NCBI GenBank assembly: GCA_040954595.2
Contig: CM082587.2
Location: 713,622 to 777,621 of the forward strand
Source: Balanoglossus misakiensis
Lineage: Eukaryota; Animalia; Hemichordata
DNA: 64,000 nt
Direction: 5' to 3'
The notes below the pieces were generated by a model. It was not told the DNA's origin and ran no database searches. It worked only from the letters and a program-made list of their open reading frames with translations. The position numbers and the translations under genes are program-made. Positions 24,832 to 38,489 of the stretch are shown here, piece by piece; the stretch's first letter is position 1, and each line of letters begins with the position of its first letter.

Positions 24832-27376
24832 ATGGTGAGTATTTTCCCGGAAGTGATATATTTTTCACATTTTCACAACCTAGTTTTCATGCGATGTTCC
24901 TGTTTTTGGCCCTATTCACCACTTTTTGTGTCAGTGAAAATCGCAAGTGTGAATTTTGTTCCTTCAATGTTCTACGCCGTCGAAATGGCCCCTGGCCTCT
25001 ATCAGAAAAACGTTCGGGTAAAACGCAAATGAACTTACCTGTGAGTAATACTATGTCGCGTTGTTCGGGTCCATTCTTCGGAGTTATAACAATATCAGCC
25101 AAAGACACCAGCAAGACGTGCATCGAGAGACTGAGACGGACGGCTCCTTCCGGACCGCGGCTGCGTAATTTGCATCTGCTCAAGCTAAGTCATGTGATGT
25201 GCACGTGCGCTGTTCCGGAGCCCCCGAATGTAACGCCGGGAACACAGACCTGTACGCAGGGCTTGTTTAGCTTGTGTTGACGAGCGAAAATTTAAGAGAA
25301 TGACAAGAAAACATATCTACCTTTCACATTCATATTCTTTGTCGCATTTTTGCAGGGAACTCCAGTAAAAGATGTGACCATCAGTGACGATGCCCCCAAA
25401 GATTTGTTAGACAAACATGCAGATTTCATCCATTCATATGGAACGAAAAAAGATTATGAATATGTAAGTGATGTATCCTTAGCGTCCATCCATCCAGCTA
25501 TCTGAAAATTTTCCTCAATTTCTACTCAATTCCAACTAAATCGGGTCCATAGACCACCAAATGAAGACTTCGCTTCAAAGTTGCATTTTGTCACTTATGT
25601 GGGCTTTTTTCTTAGGAATATGCTATGACAGAATATCTTCGCATGAGTGGTATCTACTGGGGTCTGACAGCCATGGACTTGTTGGGTTGTCTAGACAGAA
25701 TGGATGAAGAGAAGGTCATCAACTTCATCAAAGAATGCCAGCATGACTGCGGAGGTATTGGTGCCAGTGTTGGTCATGATCCACATCTGTTGTATACACT
25801 CAGTGCTGTACAGGTATGATGACTGCCACCTATGGCCATATTTGTCACCCACACTGCCCTTCGTTTTATCGAGAAAAATAAAGTGCTTCACACTGTCATT
25901 TGAAGTTTGATCTCCTCTCCCATTTCAGATTTTGGTTTTGTATGACAAGTTAGATGCTATCAATGCAGATAAAGTTGTAGAATTTATACAAAGTCTTCAG
26001 CAAGAAGATGGATCTTTCATTGGTGATAAATGGGGTAAGTATCAGCTACGTAAACCTTTAGCCAATGAGCACCCTTGGGAGCAGCCTATAAACACTACAT
26101 TTTGTTTCATTTGAATGGACATTAAATAATGAGCAATCATATTACAAACTTGTTTCTTTCTTCATTCAGGGGAAGTGGACACTAGGTTTTCTTTTTGTGC
26201 AGTGGCCTGTTTAGCTCTTCTGGTAAGATCTTCTTATTACATGTACTTGCTTTTGCTCTGTTAATCAGCCAATAGAACAAATTATTTCAAGTGCACATCT
26301 TTTGATCTTTTACCAATTTTGAACAGTTTGCATGTAAATACACAATTGTCACATCTGACACTGTGAGTTCAACAAATTTCATGAAGTGGCATGATTCTAA
26401 CTTGTAAGTTCTGGTACTATTGCATTTATGATAGGGTCGTCCTGATGCAGTCAATGTTGACAAAGCTGTAGAGTTTGTGTTGAAGTGTATGAATTATGAC
26501 GGTGGCTTTGGCTGTAGACCTGGCTCAGAGTCTCATTCAGGACAGGTAAGATTCTTTATTGTCACCCTAGGGGAACTTTTTGTATAAAATCTGTCAGCTG
26601 ATAAGCTGTTGGCCAATCAGAGTGGAGTAATTCATGGTGGCTTCTCTAGGTTCTAAATTCTTTATTTGTTTTATTTATTTGTGTGTAAATGTTGTCAATG
26701 TTTATATGTCTGTGTTTCCATGATTTCAGATTTATTGTTGTGTTGGTATGTTAGCAGTTACTGGCCGGTTGCATCATGTCAACGCTGATCTGTTAGGATG
26801 GTGGCTGTGTGAGCGACAACTCCCATCTGGTGGTCTGAATGGTGAGTATATCCATCTTCATAGACCTGACCTACCCCATTTCACCGTGGTTTGGCCCTTG
26901 TGACAATAACAAGCTCTCTGTTTATCTTTAGGCCGACCTGAGAAGCTGCCAGACGTCTGTTACTCGTGGTGGGTGTTAGCATCATTGAAGATTATTGGCA
27001 GAATACATTGGATAGACAAGAAGAAGCTAGAGACATTTATGCTTGCATGTCAAGATGATGAGACTGGTGGATTTGCTGATAGGCCAGGTGATATGGTGAG
27101 TTGCTGGGTGATCATACCATCACAACATATCATGCTTACTACAATCGAAGACCAAATATAGCAACTATTCCAGAACACAGTGTCTGTACTACATGCTCGT
27201 TGCTTGAATAGTTTTTGTTTCTTTTTCAGGTGGATCCATTTCATACCTTATTTGGTATTGCTGGACTCTCCTTATTAGGAAGTTATGCAGATAAGATCAA
27301 AGCAGTTAATCCAATCTTCTGTATGCCAGAAGAAACACTACAGAGGATAAGACTTCAACCAGAACTGTTGTCATAG
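24832..27376 (+). CDS. RABGGTB: Geranylgeranyl transferase type-2 subunit beta (Rab GGTase beta), 9 coding exons
   Basis: Exons 24832-24834 (ATG|GTGAGT), 25356-25463, 25616-25813, 25929-26034, 26170-26222, 26435-26545, 26730-26841, 26932-27095, 27230-27376, all GT-AG. Peptide MGTPVKDV...[20 protein letters not shown]...[14 protein letters not shown]...[15 protein letters not shown]...[20 protein letters not shown]...[30 protein letters not shown]...[27 protein letters not shown] matches RABGGTB. Confidence 0.98.
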
Positions 27377-27828
27377 ATGTGAAATTTCAAAAAGATTCAA
27401 AAATAGGTTATATAGGCTTCCTAACTATTAACTTATTAGTTGTCGAGTCATTTGCGCAATACATTTGGATATGTGAACACCTGCCTCTACCTATATACAT
27501 GTATTTATTCAAAAATTGTTGTATGTACATATGCCATGAAATAAATCAAACTTCAAGAGAAAATTGGTTGTACTATGGGTCTATGCTGTATAAATAGAAT
27601 TCACAATTTCATGCTTTTACGTCCACATTTGCATCACATCAAATCTGCTGGATTTCCCCTCCCTCACATTTTGACTAAAATTGCCGCATGGTCATGGAAT
27701 ACACCAAATATTGGTCCATGGTCTTCAAAATCTGTACATTTCACAGCAGCAAAGGATATCCCGTGATCACAACATAGCAATCTGAAATCCCTGTAGCTGC
27801 TGTCTTTCCACTGGCAGTAATCCCTGGA

Positions 27829-29135
<1,307 letters not shown>

Positions 29136-29153
29136 TTTGGATTTTGTGTATTT

Positions 29154-29166
29154 GTTGTCAAGCGAC
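29154..29166. promoter_or_regulatory. Candidate RFX X-box just upstream of the MORN5 start codon
   Basis: GTTGTCAAGCGAC (revcomp GTCGCTTGACAAC) resembles GTYRCC-N-RGYAAC; its position fits a cilia-type gene. Confidence 0.4.
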
Positions 29167-29915
29167 AAAATCTCCCACAATTCATTGGTTTCGCAACGCC
29201 CTCTACGGAGCCTCTTTTCTGCTTTTGTTTTTATTCAGCTTTCTTCGCACGTTCGATTCATTATATTTATCGTACCTCTTTTTGTTATTTCAGCAACTTT
29301 ATTCATGGCAAAGTTTTAATAATCCTTAAATAAATGCAAGATATGCACAGGACACAACAATTATCATAGATATGCAACATCCCGCCTCATGAAGATACAA
29401 TATACCTGGCCAAATTTAATCACTGTTCATTGTACAGGACGTTTATAAAATACATGTATGCATCAAGATTTATTTTCAGCTAGCTTGACAATGAAAAATT
29501 TCACACAGAGAATCACTTCATATTTTCAATACATCATATTAGTTGGTGTGTACTTATATATCTGAGTCTAAACTCACGATATGTGATTAAAAATGACATG
29601 ACATTTTGAACATCAAACTATAACAGAATCATGAAATTATCAATTGAAATATAATATACATAAGCAAACTTGACATAAATTGTAAACAGTCGTATGATAT
29701 GTAGCAGTAGTAAGATATGTAGAAAAAAAATAATTCTCAGAGATTAACCTTGACATTTGCACAAAGTAAATTAAAATAGGACTGCAGAAGACATCTGTAG
29801 CCATTCATAAAGATAAGAAATTCAAGGAAATTCAAAATTTGGATAAAAATCCCAGTCCACAAGCTGGTCTTTTATTGAATAATTATATATCACAAGAGTT
29901 GACATCTTTTTCCGC

Positions 29916-32900
29916 TCATTTTTTCACCTTCTTGTTCTTCAGTCCACAGATGCTCATCAGTTGTTTCGACATGAAGTATGGTTTCTCTGGCGATCCATCG
30001 TGTCTCTCACAGTCTTCCACTGAAATGACAAGATACAATTATTACTGCCATAACTAATGGCATTCTATCATAATGGACTTCAATACAACACTTTTCACCA
30101 GCCTTTCTTGTGTTAGCTGCAAACCAGTTGGAAATGCATGCATATACTTACAGAAGCAAATAAAAAGAGTATCCACAGCCATGTCATAAACTCCAAAGAA
30201 GCAGGCAGCAATTATGTATGCACCAATAACAATAAGCTGTAATAGAGAAATGAAGAATCACTTGCAAAAATCATCTGTGACTCAGTGATGTAACATGGCT
30301 TCACTGTATTATACATTTAAGAATTGAAACAGCAATAAACTTGAACGTCCTACACTCACCAAGAACGGCACCCACACATAGTTGAGATCAGGCATGACTA
30401 CAATCTCATCAGTGACGGTAATTTGTCCATTCATGAAGAAAAACATCGGCAAGATGACAATCATCACAACTGTTAACTTGGCAAGGAAGAGCAAGAAATC
30501 TGTGACACCATCAAGAACAGCCGCTCTGTGGAGAAGAAAAGAAACAAGTTTGAGACAATATTCTGACATTGTTGGTGTGAAATTGTTCGTAACACAAACA
30601 CTAATAGAAGAATTCAATCATTGTATTTCACTTCTTAACTGAAGCCAAGAACTACAGACGAGAACTTACCTGACAATATTTCTCATCAAGAGAAAGAAAA
30701 CATGCTTAGCAGATGTGCAAAAGTTCTTGCCATACACTGCAATCTAAGAAAATTTCAAATGTGTTTTAATAATTTATTTGAATGATGCAGGAAATTAATA
30801 ATATAAAAATACTGACATGAAGGGTTCTAAAGACCCTGAAGAAGATGTTTACTTTATTAGAGTAATAGTTTGTGTGTCTCTACAACAACAGGCTTCAATA
30901 CAAGAGACAGTATTTCTTACATCGATGTAGGCGTTTCTGTTCAGCCACCTGAGGAACTTCTCCAGACACCAGAAACAACATTTGAAGCATTTGAAGATGA
31001 ATTTACTTATTGGATTCTCAGCACCTGGTGAAGAAACCAATAACAGAGGATGTCAGTCATACACAATATACTAAATTTATACTGAGCTATGGATATCTAT
31101 CAAGAAAATGCTCACTGTTTCATTCAAGATGCTGCAGTAAGGTACACGTAGGATTACATTGACAGAGGTGATTTAATTATTACCTTTGAATTTTTTCTCC
31201 AGTGCCTGTATCGTTGCACGGACAAACTGCAACACTGCAATCAGGAATGAACCAAAAGCCAAAGAACCCAAATGGTACCTGTAATCATTGACAAAATAAA
31301 AGAAGATCTCATAAGATCATCTGCAAGCAACCATGCATGCTAGCTGCTACAATTTAACGCTAAACATTTTAAAACCTAACCATTCTGCTATTTTGGATCC
31401 GTTCATCTTTGATTAGATTTTGAAGAACTCACCTTAGAGACCTCCATGTTGACATTGTCAGTGGAATGGATTGAATGTCATCTGGTTTGGTAAATGCCCA
31501 ATAATAACTGGCAAAGGCTCCAGCCAATGACATCTCCCCAAATGCAATGACAAAATTGAGGAGCCAGAAAAGGGCAAAAAGAGTGTAGAACTCAAAGACC
31601 CAGATTGTCCAATCCCAGTAATAAACACCAGACCAGACGCAATGCGCTGAACTCTCATTGCCATACTCCAAGTAAAAATCCTGGTAAAAAAGATCCAAAG
31701 AGATTGAAGGTTCACCACCTGCATGTACTGACAGTCAGAAGAATTAAAAGCCCCACGAGCTGCCATGTTTTGAGCGAACAGTAGATAACCAAATTGTTCT
31801 ACCAGTATTGTTAGAACCTCCATACCTGACATTAAAGCACTTACCTTCGGTTGACATTCTGTGCCGTTGGCCAACGTGAAATTAGTCTCTGCATCTTCTA
31901 CTACATAAATGGCTGTACTGATGGTGGCCAGGAATCTGTTCAGACACTTTGTTAAAGTTGTTTGACACCATGGACATAGCAAGTTTACCAAAAAGATTTT
32001 CAAATGCAGTAATACACCTCTTGTTAGATTCCAACAACAGACACTTGGTGTGCATATTCTATTCTCCAAAGATCAAACTTTCTTGCATAATCTAAAAGGA
32101 TACAACGTCATCGTTCCCCACAAGAAGAGAACTCCCAGCTGCAGAATGAATGGCACAAGAGGCCAGAACAGTGTACTGATCATGTGGCCAATTGCTCTGA
32201 AATAAAAAAAAATTCTTGGTTAATGTGGCTTTAATTTTCCTTTGAAGCAAATGATAAGAAATGCAGATTGTCCACCTTGATATTCGCTCAGTTGTCAAGA
32301 CGACTCTTGGTGCTGCATGGAATAACTGAGTGAATGTCTTCATATATCTGAGCTTACACTTCACTTTAAGAGCCATGTGTAACTCACCGACTGGCTTCAC
32401 ATATCAGAGCGATGGCTAACTGGATTCTCTTTCTCAGGAATATCAGCAACAAGAGCAAGATCAGGAAAATGACTCCAAGGGTGATACCTAGAAGATGCAG
32501 AAAGATTTATAATTTTTATAGTGGATTCTAAATTTGAATTTTGAGGGTGTTTGGTCACTTTTGCTTCATCAGTGGCCTGGGGGAAATAATTAAGATAACA
32601 GTGATAGCAAATGATAGAAAATGACATTTCGTTTATGACTTTTGAAAATTGAACCATGATGTGTGCAATGACATTAACACTCAAGAATGGGTGATTGGAA
32701 CAGCAAGCAAAGTGTGATATCAACAACTATGCACAAAGAAATTAAGCCACCTGTATGATTACCAGCTCTGAAGACCATGATGATTTTTCTGCTTGGAGAA
32801 TTCTACATTTGGATGAGTCTGCTGCGTGATCCGCATGGAAAAACGGAAAATGAAAATGGAATGGATGATGCAATCTGCAAGGAGAAAAGGCAGACATTTA

Positions 32901-35900
32901 AGAAAAGTCTTTAAGGATATCAGAATATCAAGAATGAAACGCCATTTGATACAGGTCTAGAGTTTGCAAATACCCCTTCCCTAAAGAAAAGAATACTTCA
33001 AAAGTTCCAATAGCAAGCAAATTTACATCAGATTAAAAGTTCCAAGACATAAAAGTAGAGTTTCCCTTACCAATCCCAAGCCATACTCCAAGCATTGTAT
33101 GGTAAGTCTCATAATCAGTGATCTGTCCATTTGCTTCAGCATCAATCAGTTTGAAGTAACTATAGAAACAGTACAGAGTCCCTGTAAATAAAATAACAAA
33201 CAAATGCATGAGAAATGTTTGGATGAAATGGCTTTTAATACAGTTGGAAACTGTGTTCAATATGCTATTGGGTTAGACACCGGCACTTACAATGATGAAA
33301 GTGTATATGGCTATCAAAAAACCATGGCCTACAATTATGCATCCAGTATTTGGAGTTGGGTATAGGCCTATCCTGTACTCACATTTAGGTGGCTTGGATG
33401 AGGATTATGAACTTACCAAGGAGGAGTAGAATCATCACACCAAATATGATGATCCAGACAATCAATTTAGCTAACCATCTCATCAGAAGTATCAGTATAA
33501 ATGCAACAACTGCAGCCAATGCAAGTCCACTGAAATCAAACGCAATCAAGAGTAAACACACTTTACCACAACTGTGTTCAATCACTTCCGATCTCCCAGA
33601 CTGAAATAGCATTTTTCATTTCAGCTCCACCCATGATTAGACACTATAATGACCTCAGGCTTTGTTACATTTACCCTTGAAATTGTAATCTGGATACTTA
33701 CATAACTATCAGCCACCACGAGTTTGCAACATCACTTACAATGTCATTGCCAATGCTGATAAGTCTGGAAGGAATGATGAGAATCATATGAGATATCAAT
33801 ATGTAGAAGACCATTGTCACCAATTACACATGATGTAACATGTGTTATCCCGACAGCAATCACAATATCAAATGGTCGACATTCTTCTTATGTTTTAGTC
33901 ACTATGACACACAGCTGAGTTGATGAAGTACCGCTCCACTATGAAAGATATAGTTGCTAAATGACTATGGAGACATGCTCACTGGTCTCAGAGGAACAAC
34001 CCTGTCCCTCGCCTCGGGCAGATTACTCTTCACTTGTTTTGAAAATTACAAAATACGTTTCCTCACTTATCGATAGCCTGCAGATCTTCTTCAGTCAAAG
34101 TGTTGTTGTTTGGAAGAGTGGTGTTAATTGCTTCTTCCGGAACCGTGGTTCCTTCCAGGATAAAATTGGGAATACAAGCACCACTTGCTGTAATACACAC
34201 AAAACAATGGTCTTACATTTAATTCTCTCATCTGGGGTAAATTTGTTAGAAATTTTAGACTTTTATGAGTGGAAGAAGCAAAAAGACAAAGTTTGTAATT
34301 GTTGACATTATTCTGGGTATTTCTGGCTATTTATGTTGTTCTACTCGTTGAATCATGCCTAATGACCCTTTGACCCTCTAACTTGAACACAACTGCGCTT
34401 ACATTTTGAACTGCCAAAGTAATAACTGGCGCAATCTTCATCTTCAAATAATGTAAATGGATCCTGTGTATAAAAACGTCAGAATAAATGTTGCTGCAAT
34501 AATGCTTCAAGGGTGTGGCTTCAAATGTTGTGCATTATAGTGAGATAATGCAAAATGATGCAACGTACAATGTGCTTCTTGCGATTTGATGGATGTGGTG
34601 GCATAATCATTACATAAATCTATTAATCGTATCAAAGACTTAATGGCTGATGTCATAGATGTATGCACCTTGACTTTTGCTGTGATTCTAGTACACATTT
34701 CTTATTGTATTAATATGTGTGTATGATGTGTACATGTGTGTGTGTTTGTGTGTGTGTCCACAAACGCAACAATTTCTTACACAGAATTATTTTTTCTTAC
34801 CTTTCCTGAAGTAGCAGGATTGACATTATATTTGCAGATGAAGCGACCCCATTCCACGTTGGTAGGATTTGACAAATACAGAGATTGTTGGTCAAGGCCA
34901 TTGAATGATACAGCTGGGCATTCATCTATACATACCTAGGGGGGAAATTATGAAAAAAATATCGAGGGGGCAAGGTTGAATTTACAAGACAAATGTTGGG
35001 AGTTTTAATATACTTTAAGGAGTAGTTATATGTATAATGTCCTTCAAGGTAAGTTGACGTAAAAACAAATTCTGCAACTTTGGTAAAAAAAAACTTTCCG
35101 AAGAAGAATACTTGTGCTAGGGAGGTTGATGAGTTTACTTACTTTTGGTGTATCACATTTCAAGGTGAATTCATCTCCAATACTGGCATCATAGCACTTG
35201 GTGAAATCAAAGTAAAATAAATACTTTCCTCTGTGGAGAAAAGATCATGTATGTCAACAATGTCAACAATGGTAAAACAGTATTCAATACTTGAATAACA
35301 CCAAACACTCCTCGAATTGTGTCCTTCTTTAACCCTTTCACCCCCAGTTCTGTCTATAGAGGTCCAACCTTACCATACAAAGCAATGGGTTTAGACAGAA
35401 CCATGGTGGTGAAAGGTTGATAATGTAATGAAGAAAAGATAGCTGAGGATCAAGGGGCAGACAATGATGGGTATAGGAAAGGCAAGCATAATATGTGGAC
35501 CAAACTCACTCCAACTTATGGTACAGGGAATTAATTAATTACAATCCTGATACTGACAGACACTCATGTCTCATTCCAAAGTCCCATTACATACAACTGA
35601 CAACAAAACAATTCTTAATTTGCAATCTATGCATGCTCTGAGTGCACATTTGTCCAACAGTATGCCCACTTGTTGCTAGGCAACATTCCTCACACTGAGG
35701 TACATCTCATTACATGCACAAATAACATCAGAGATCTTAAAGGCAATCACTGGTTACATGCAGGTCATGAACTTTTGACTATCTGATAAAAGTGATTTGC
35801 ATAGAATTTGGAGACAAGGGCATGTTCATTCGCCATAGAACTGGCTAGCATTTATTCGGGTGTTGGTTAATTTTCAATGCAATGGCTGTGTTAACGGGCA

Positions 35901-36838
35901 ACACTGATATTTGATAACAATGAGGAAATTAGCAGATGGTCAAGTCAGACGCTGGAACAAATGAAACTACATTGCAGAATTTCTTTTACGGCTAGCAAGC
36001 AAGAACAAAATGGTGGGCACTTACTCATGATCAACACCACAGACTGATCCCAATGAATCTGCTTGATACACAAACTTCTCAAGGTCACCAACTGTGTAAC
36101 CTGTGAACAATAAGTAAATAAAACAATCATAATATTATCTATAGAAGTTCTATATTTTTGATGACATAATCTGAAATACTGCCATTGCTAACACTTTTTA
36201 TTCAAACTTTTTTACATGAAACATTTAACCACCTGGACTTCAATCATCTCGTTAAAGTCCTGTCTTTAAAAACATTCAAAATGAGAAATCAAATATTAGA
36301 AATACTCACCATAATAAGCAATGAATCCAAGACCGACACAAAATGCAATAAATATTAAACAGCAAATGACATCTGTACAACTCCTATAAGAGAGAGAAAA
36401 AGATTCTCATCATATCATCATCACTACCACCACCACCAATCCTCACCATCTACTAAATAATTCTCACCTGTTTTTCAATGGACCTTTGAAGTTTGGGTCA
36501 TACTGCACTGGTTCACCTGTAAGAACATAGTAGACATACATTTACTCATGTTAAATACGAAATCTGGCGGGCGAGGGATAGGGTCACACGTACCACATAG
36601 ACCGTGGTACAATGTACATGTATATCATCACTTAGGGGCGATTGTCTCACGAAGATAAATAAACATCCCGGATATGGGATCGTGCAGACTGACTACGACG
36701 ACGGCCGACGACAAATCGTTGACACTGACAGATCATATCGAAATACGTACCGTAATCTTTTTCCTCCTTACTACTAATACTAGAGTATGACGATGTGTCA
36801 GACATATCCTCAACTTTATCCTTCTTCTTTTTGCCCAT
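29916..36838 (-). CDS. Choline transporter-like protein (SLC44A2/4/5 clade), paralogue A; most divergent copy, 21 coding exons
   Basis: Exon 1 36751-36838 MGKKKKDK...KDYG; [54 protein letters not shown]; [18 protein letters not shown]; YHLGSLAFGSFLIA; [21 protein letters not shown]; [13 protein letters not shown]; last exon 29916-30019 EDCERHDGSPEKPYFMSKQLM...stop. The frame is continuous across GT-AG junctions. Confidence 0.95.
31936..32103 (-). other. U12-type (minor spliceosome) GT-AG intron, 168 nt, in SLC44 paralogue A
   Basis: 5' site ACGTT|GTATCCTTTT (U12 consensus RTATCCTTT). Branch-like CTTTAAC lies about 17 nt before CAG, with no polypyrimidine tract. Splicing restores ...WGTMT-L-FLATIST... 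in frame. Confidence 0.9.
35329..35420. mobile_element. ~90-bp TTAA-CCCT-ended miniature inverted-repeat element (piggyBac-like MITE)
   Basis: TTAACCCTTTCACCCCCA...TGGTGGTGAAAGGTTGA terminal inverted repeats; related copies in opposite orientation at 41836-41912 and 54323-54415. Confidence 0.7.
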
Positions 36839-38489
36839 CCTGTTTTTCCTCGGATTTCAAAGAGTATCGGACAGGGAAGCTTCAAACGGTTATCATATAC
36901 ACAGGGAAGACGACACAATTCGCGCAACACTGGCGTTTTAGATTAATTTATTGAAGATAAAATGATTCAGACACTTTTCGCATCACGTGGTTGATGAATC
37001 GCCAAATAGGATTGGACCATAATGTAGCAACTGTTTATATTTGATTGATGACGTCACAGGGGATGGGCCCCATGGGGTCACTCTGAAAGATAACATCGAT
37101 GACATATTTGAGTTAATCATTATCCCACCGTCAGCTTCAGTAAAACTTTAACTAAGTTTTATCATTGCAACTTACATGTAAATTGTCTAAACTGAACATA
37201 AATACAGTTCACTATAAATTTTGAAAAACATACACCCGTTCTGAGATTATAAAACAACACAACGATAACTGTTACTTTATTTAACAGACATGAAAATTGT
37301 ATTTACAAAGAGAACATTTCCAAATTCAGAAAACTTCATACAATATGTACACAAACTCTGTAAAAAACAAACCACACATTTCAATGTGACATCAAACTCT
37401 AAGCTCTTCAATGGTAAACTTTGTAAATAGACCATTGAAAGCAAAATAAACCATTCTATAAATTTTTCAATTTATGACATTTGATTCGTCTGCTCAAGGT
37501 TTGTAATTGAATAATTCTTGGGGAAATCTGATTTCTATTTTGACTGAACTTCTACAATCTGTAAATATTAGTCTATTTCCTGAAATATCTCCTTCCGAAG
37601 TTTTCAAACAAACTGTCACACTGATACATCTAATTGCTTCTCAACTTCCGCTGGAATTCAATGTCTACTTTTAAAGCCTCTCTTGATCACCAAAACCCAT
37701 TTCTTCCATTCTTGGAAAAAGCCTATCAAACAAATAAAAAAATTATTATTGCAATTATAGAAAAAGCACACTTTCATTTTAAGGTTTCCATATTATTAGT
37801 TTACCGTCACCAATTTATCCAAACATTTATTTCAATATTTGTAACCTTATATTTTATTAGTAATTTGTATTTGAACCTTTGGTTTTACATCCAAGATATG
37901 TACAACATTTTCAACAAGTATATCAAATTGTGTAAAAACTTGATATGTACAAAATATTTATCACAAAAGTATCAGTGTAGTGGTTAATAAAGACTGAATC
38001 ATTTCATTATGAAAACTACTTTACAATTGTAAAGAAAATCCATCTATGAAATATTTTGTGTGGACGGGAATAAGAATAATGGAATGTCTGAAGTACACCC
38101 TCTTTGTATGAATCCTATCTACCCCTGTCAAGAAGTGGAATGACCCTTCAGCTTAAAATTGGATCACTCCAAATACTGAGTATATTAGGGGTGGCCAGGG
38201 TGATACTGATATGGTTGGATGGACTTCAATGTTTTGGATGGAAAGATGAGAATACAGAAATGATCTGTATTTAATACTGACTTTCATTATTGTTTGAAAC
38301 TGGAAAAGTTGTCATTGACACAGGTAAAAAAAAGATTGATAGATGTCAACATACTACGTTGCAGTTGTACAGAAATTAATGCAAGGTCAAAAAGACATCA
38401 GAATTTGGAAGGAATGTTGAAATTTAGGTAAATGATAATGTGAGTACATGTACTAAGTATCAGTTGTCAATTGATGATGTTGCTTAAGT

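Noticed and set aside
25473-25482. GTATCCTTAG, a U12-like donor 9 nt inside RABGGTB intron 2
   Set aside because: A canonical GTAAGT donor at 25464 already gives the expected 108-nt exon, and the acceptor has a normal pyrimidine tract; probably coincidental
24835-27229. Intronic box C/D snoRNAs (vertebrate RABGGTB hosts SNORD45)
   Set aside because: No properly spaced C box/D box pair with a terminal stem or rRNA guide was seen. The ATGATGA at ~25816 overlaps the donor and lacks a matching D box. An Infernal/Rfam scan would settle it.
32488-32874. Extra exon-like segments in an intron of SLC44 paralogue A (acceptors at 32874 and 32576)
   Set aside because: Inclusion shifts the frame or introduces stops, and there is no counterpart in B or C. 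They could only be poison exons, which cannot be supported without RNA data.
37620-37725. Possible alternative terminal exon of paralogue B (TTTGTTTGATAG acceptor)
   Set aside because: No convincing in-frame donor was found in the last coding exon; most likely 3' UTR
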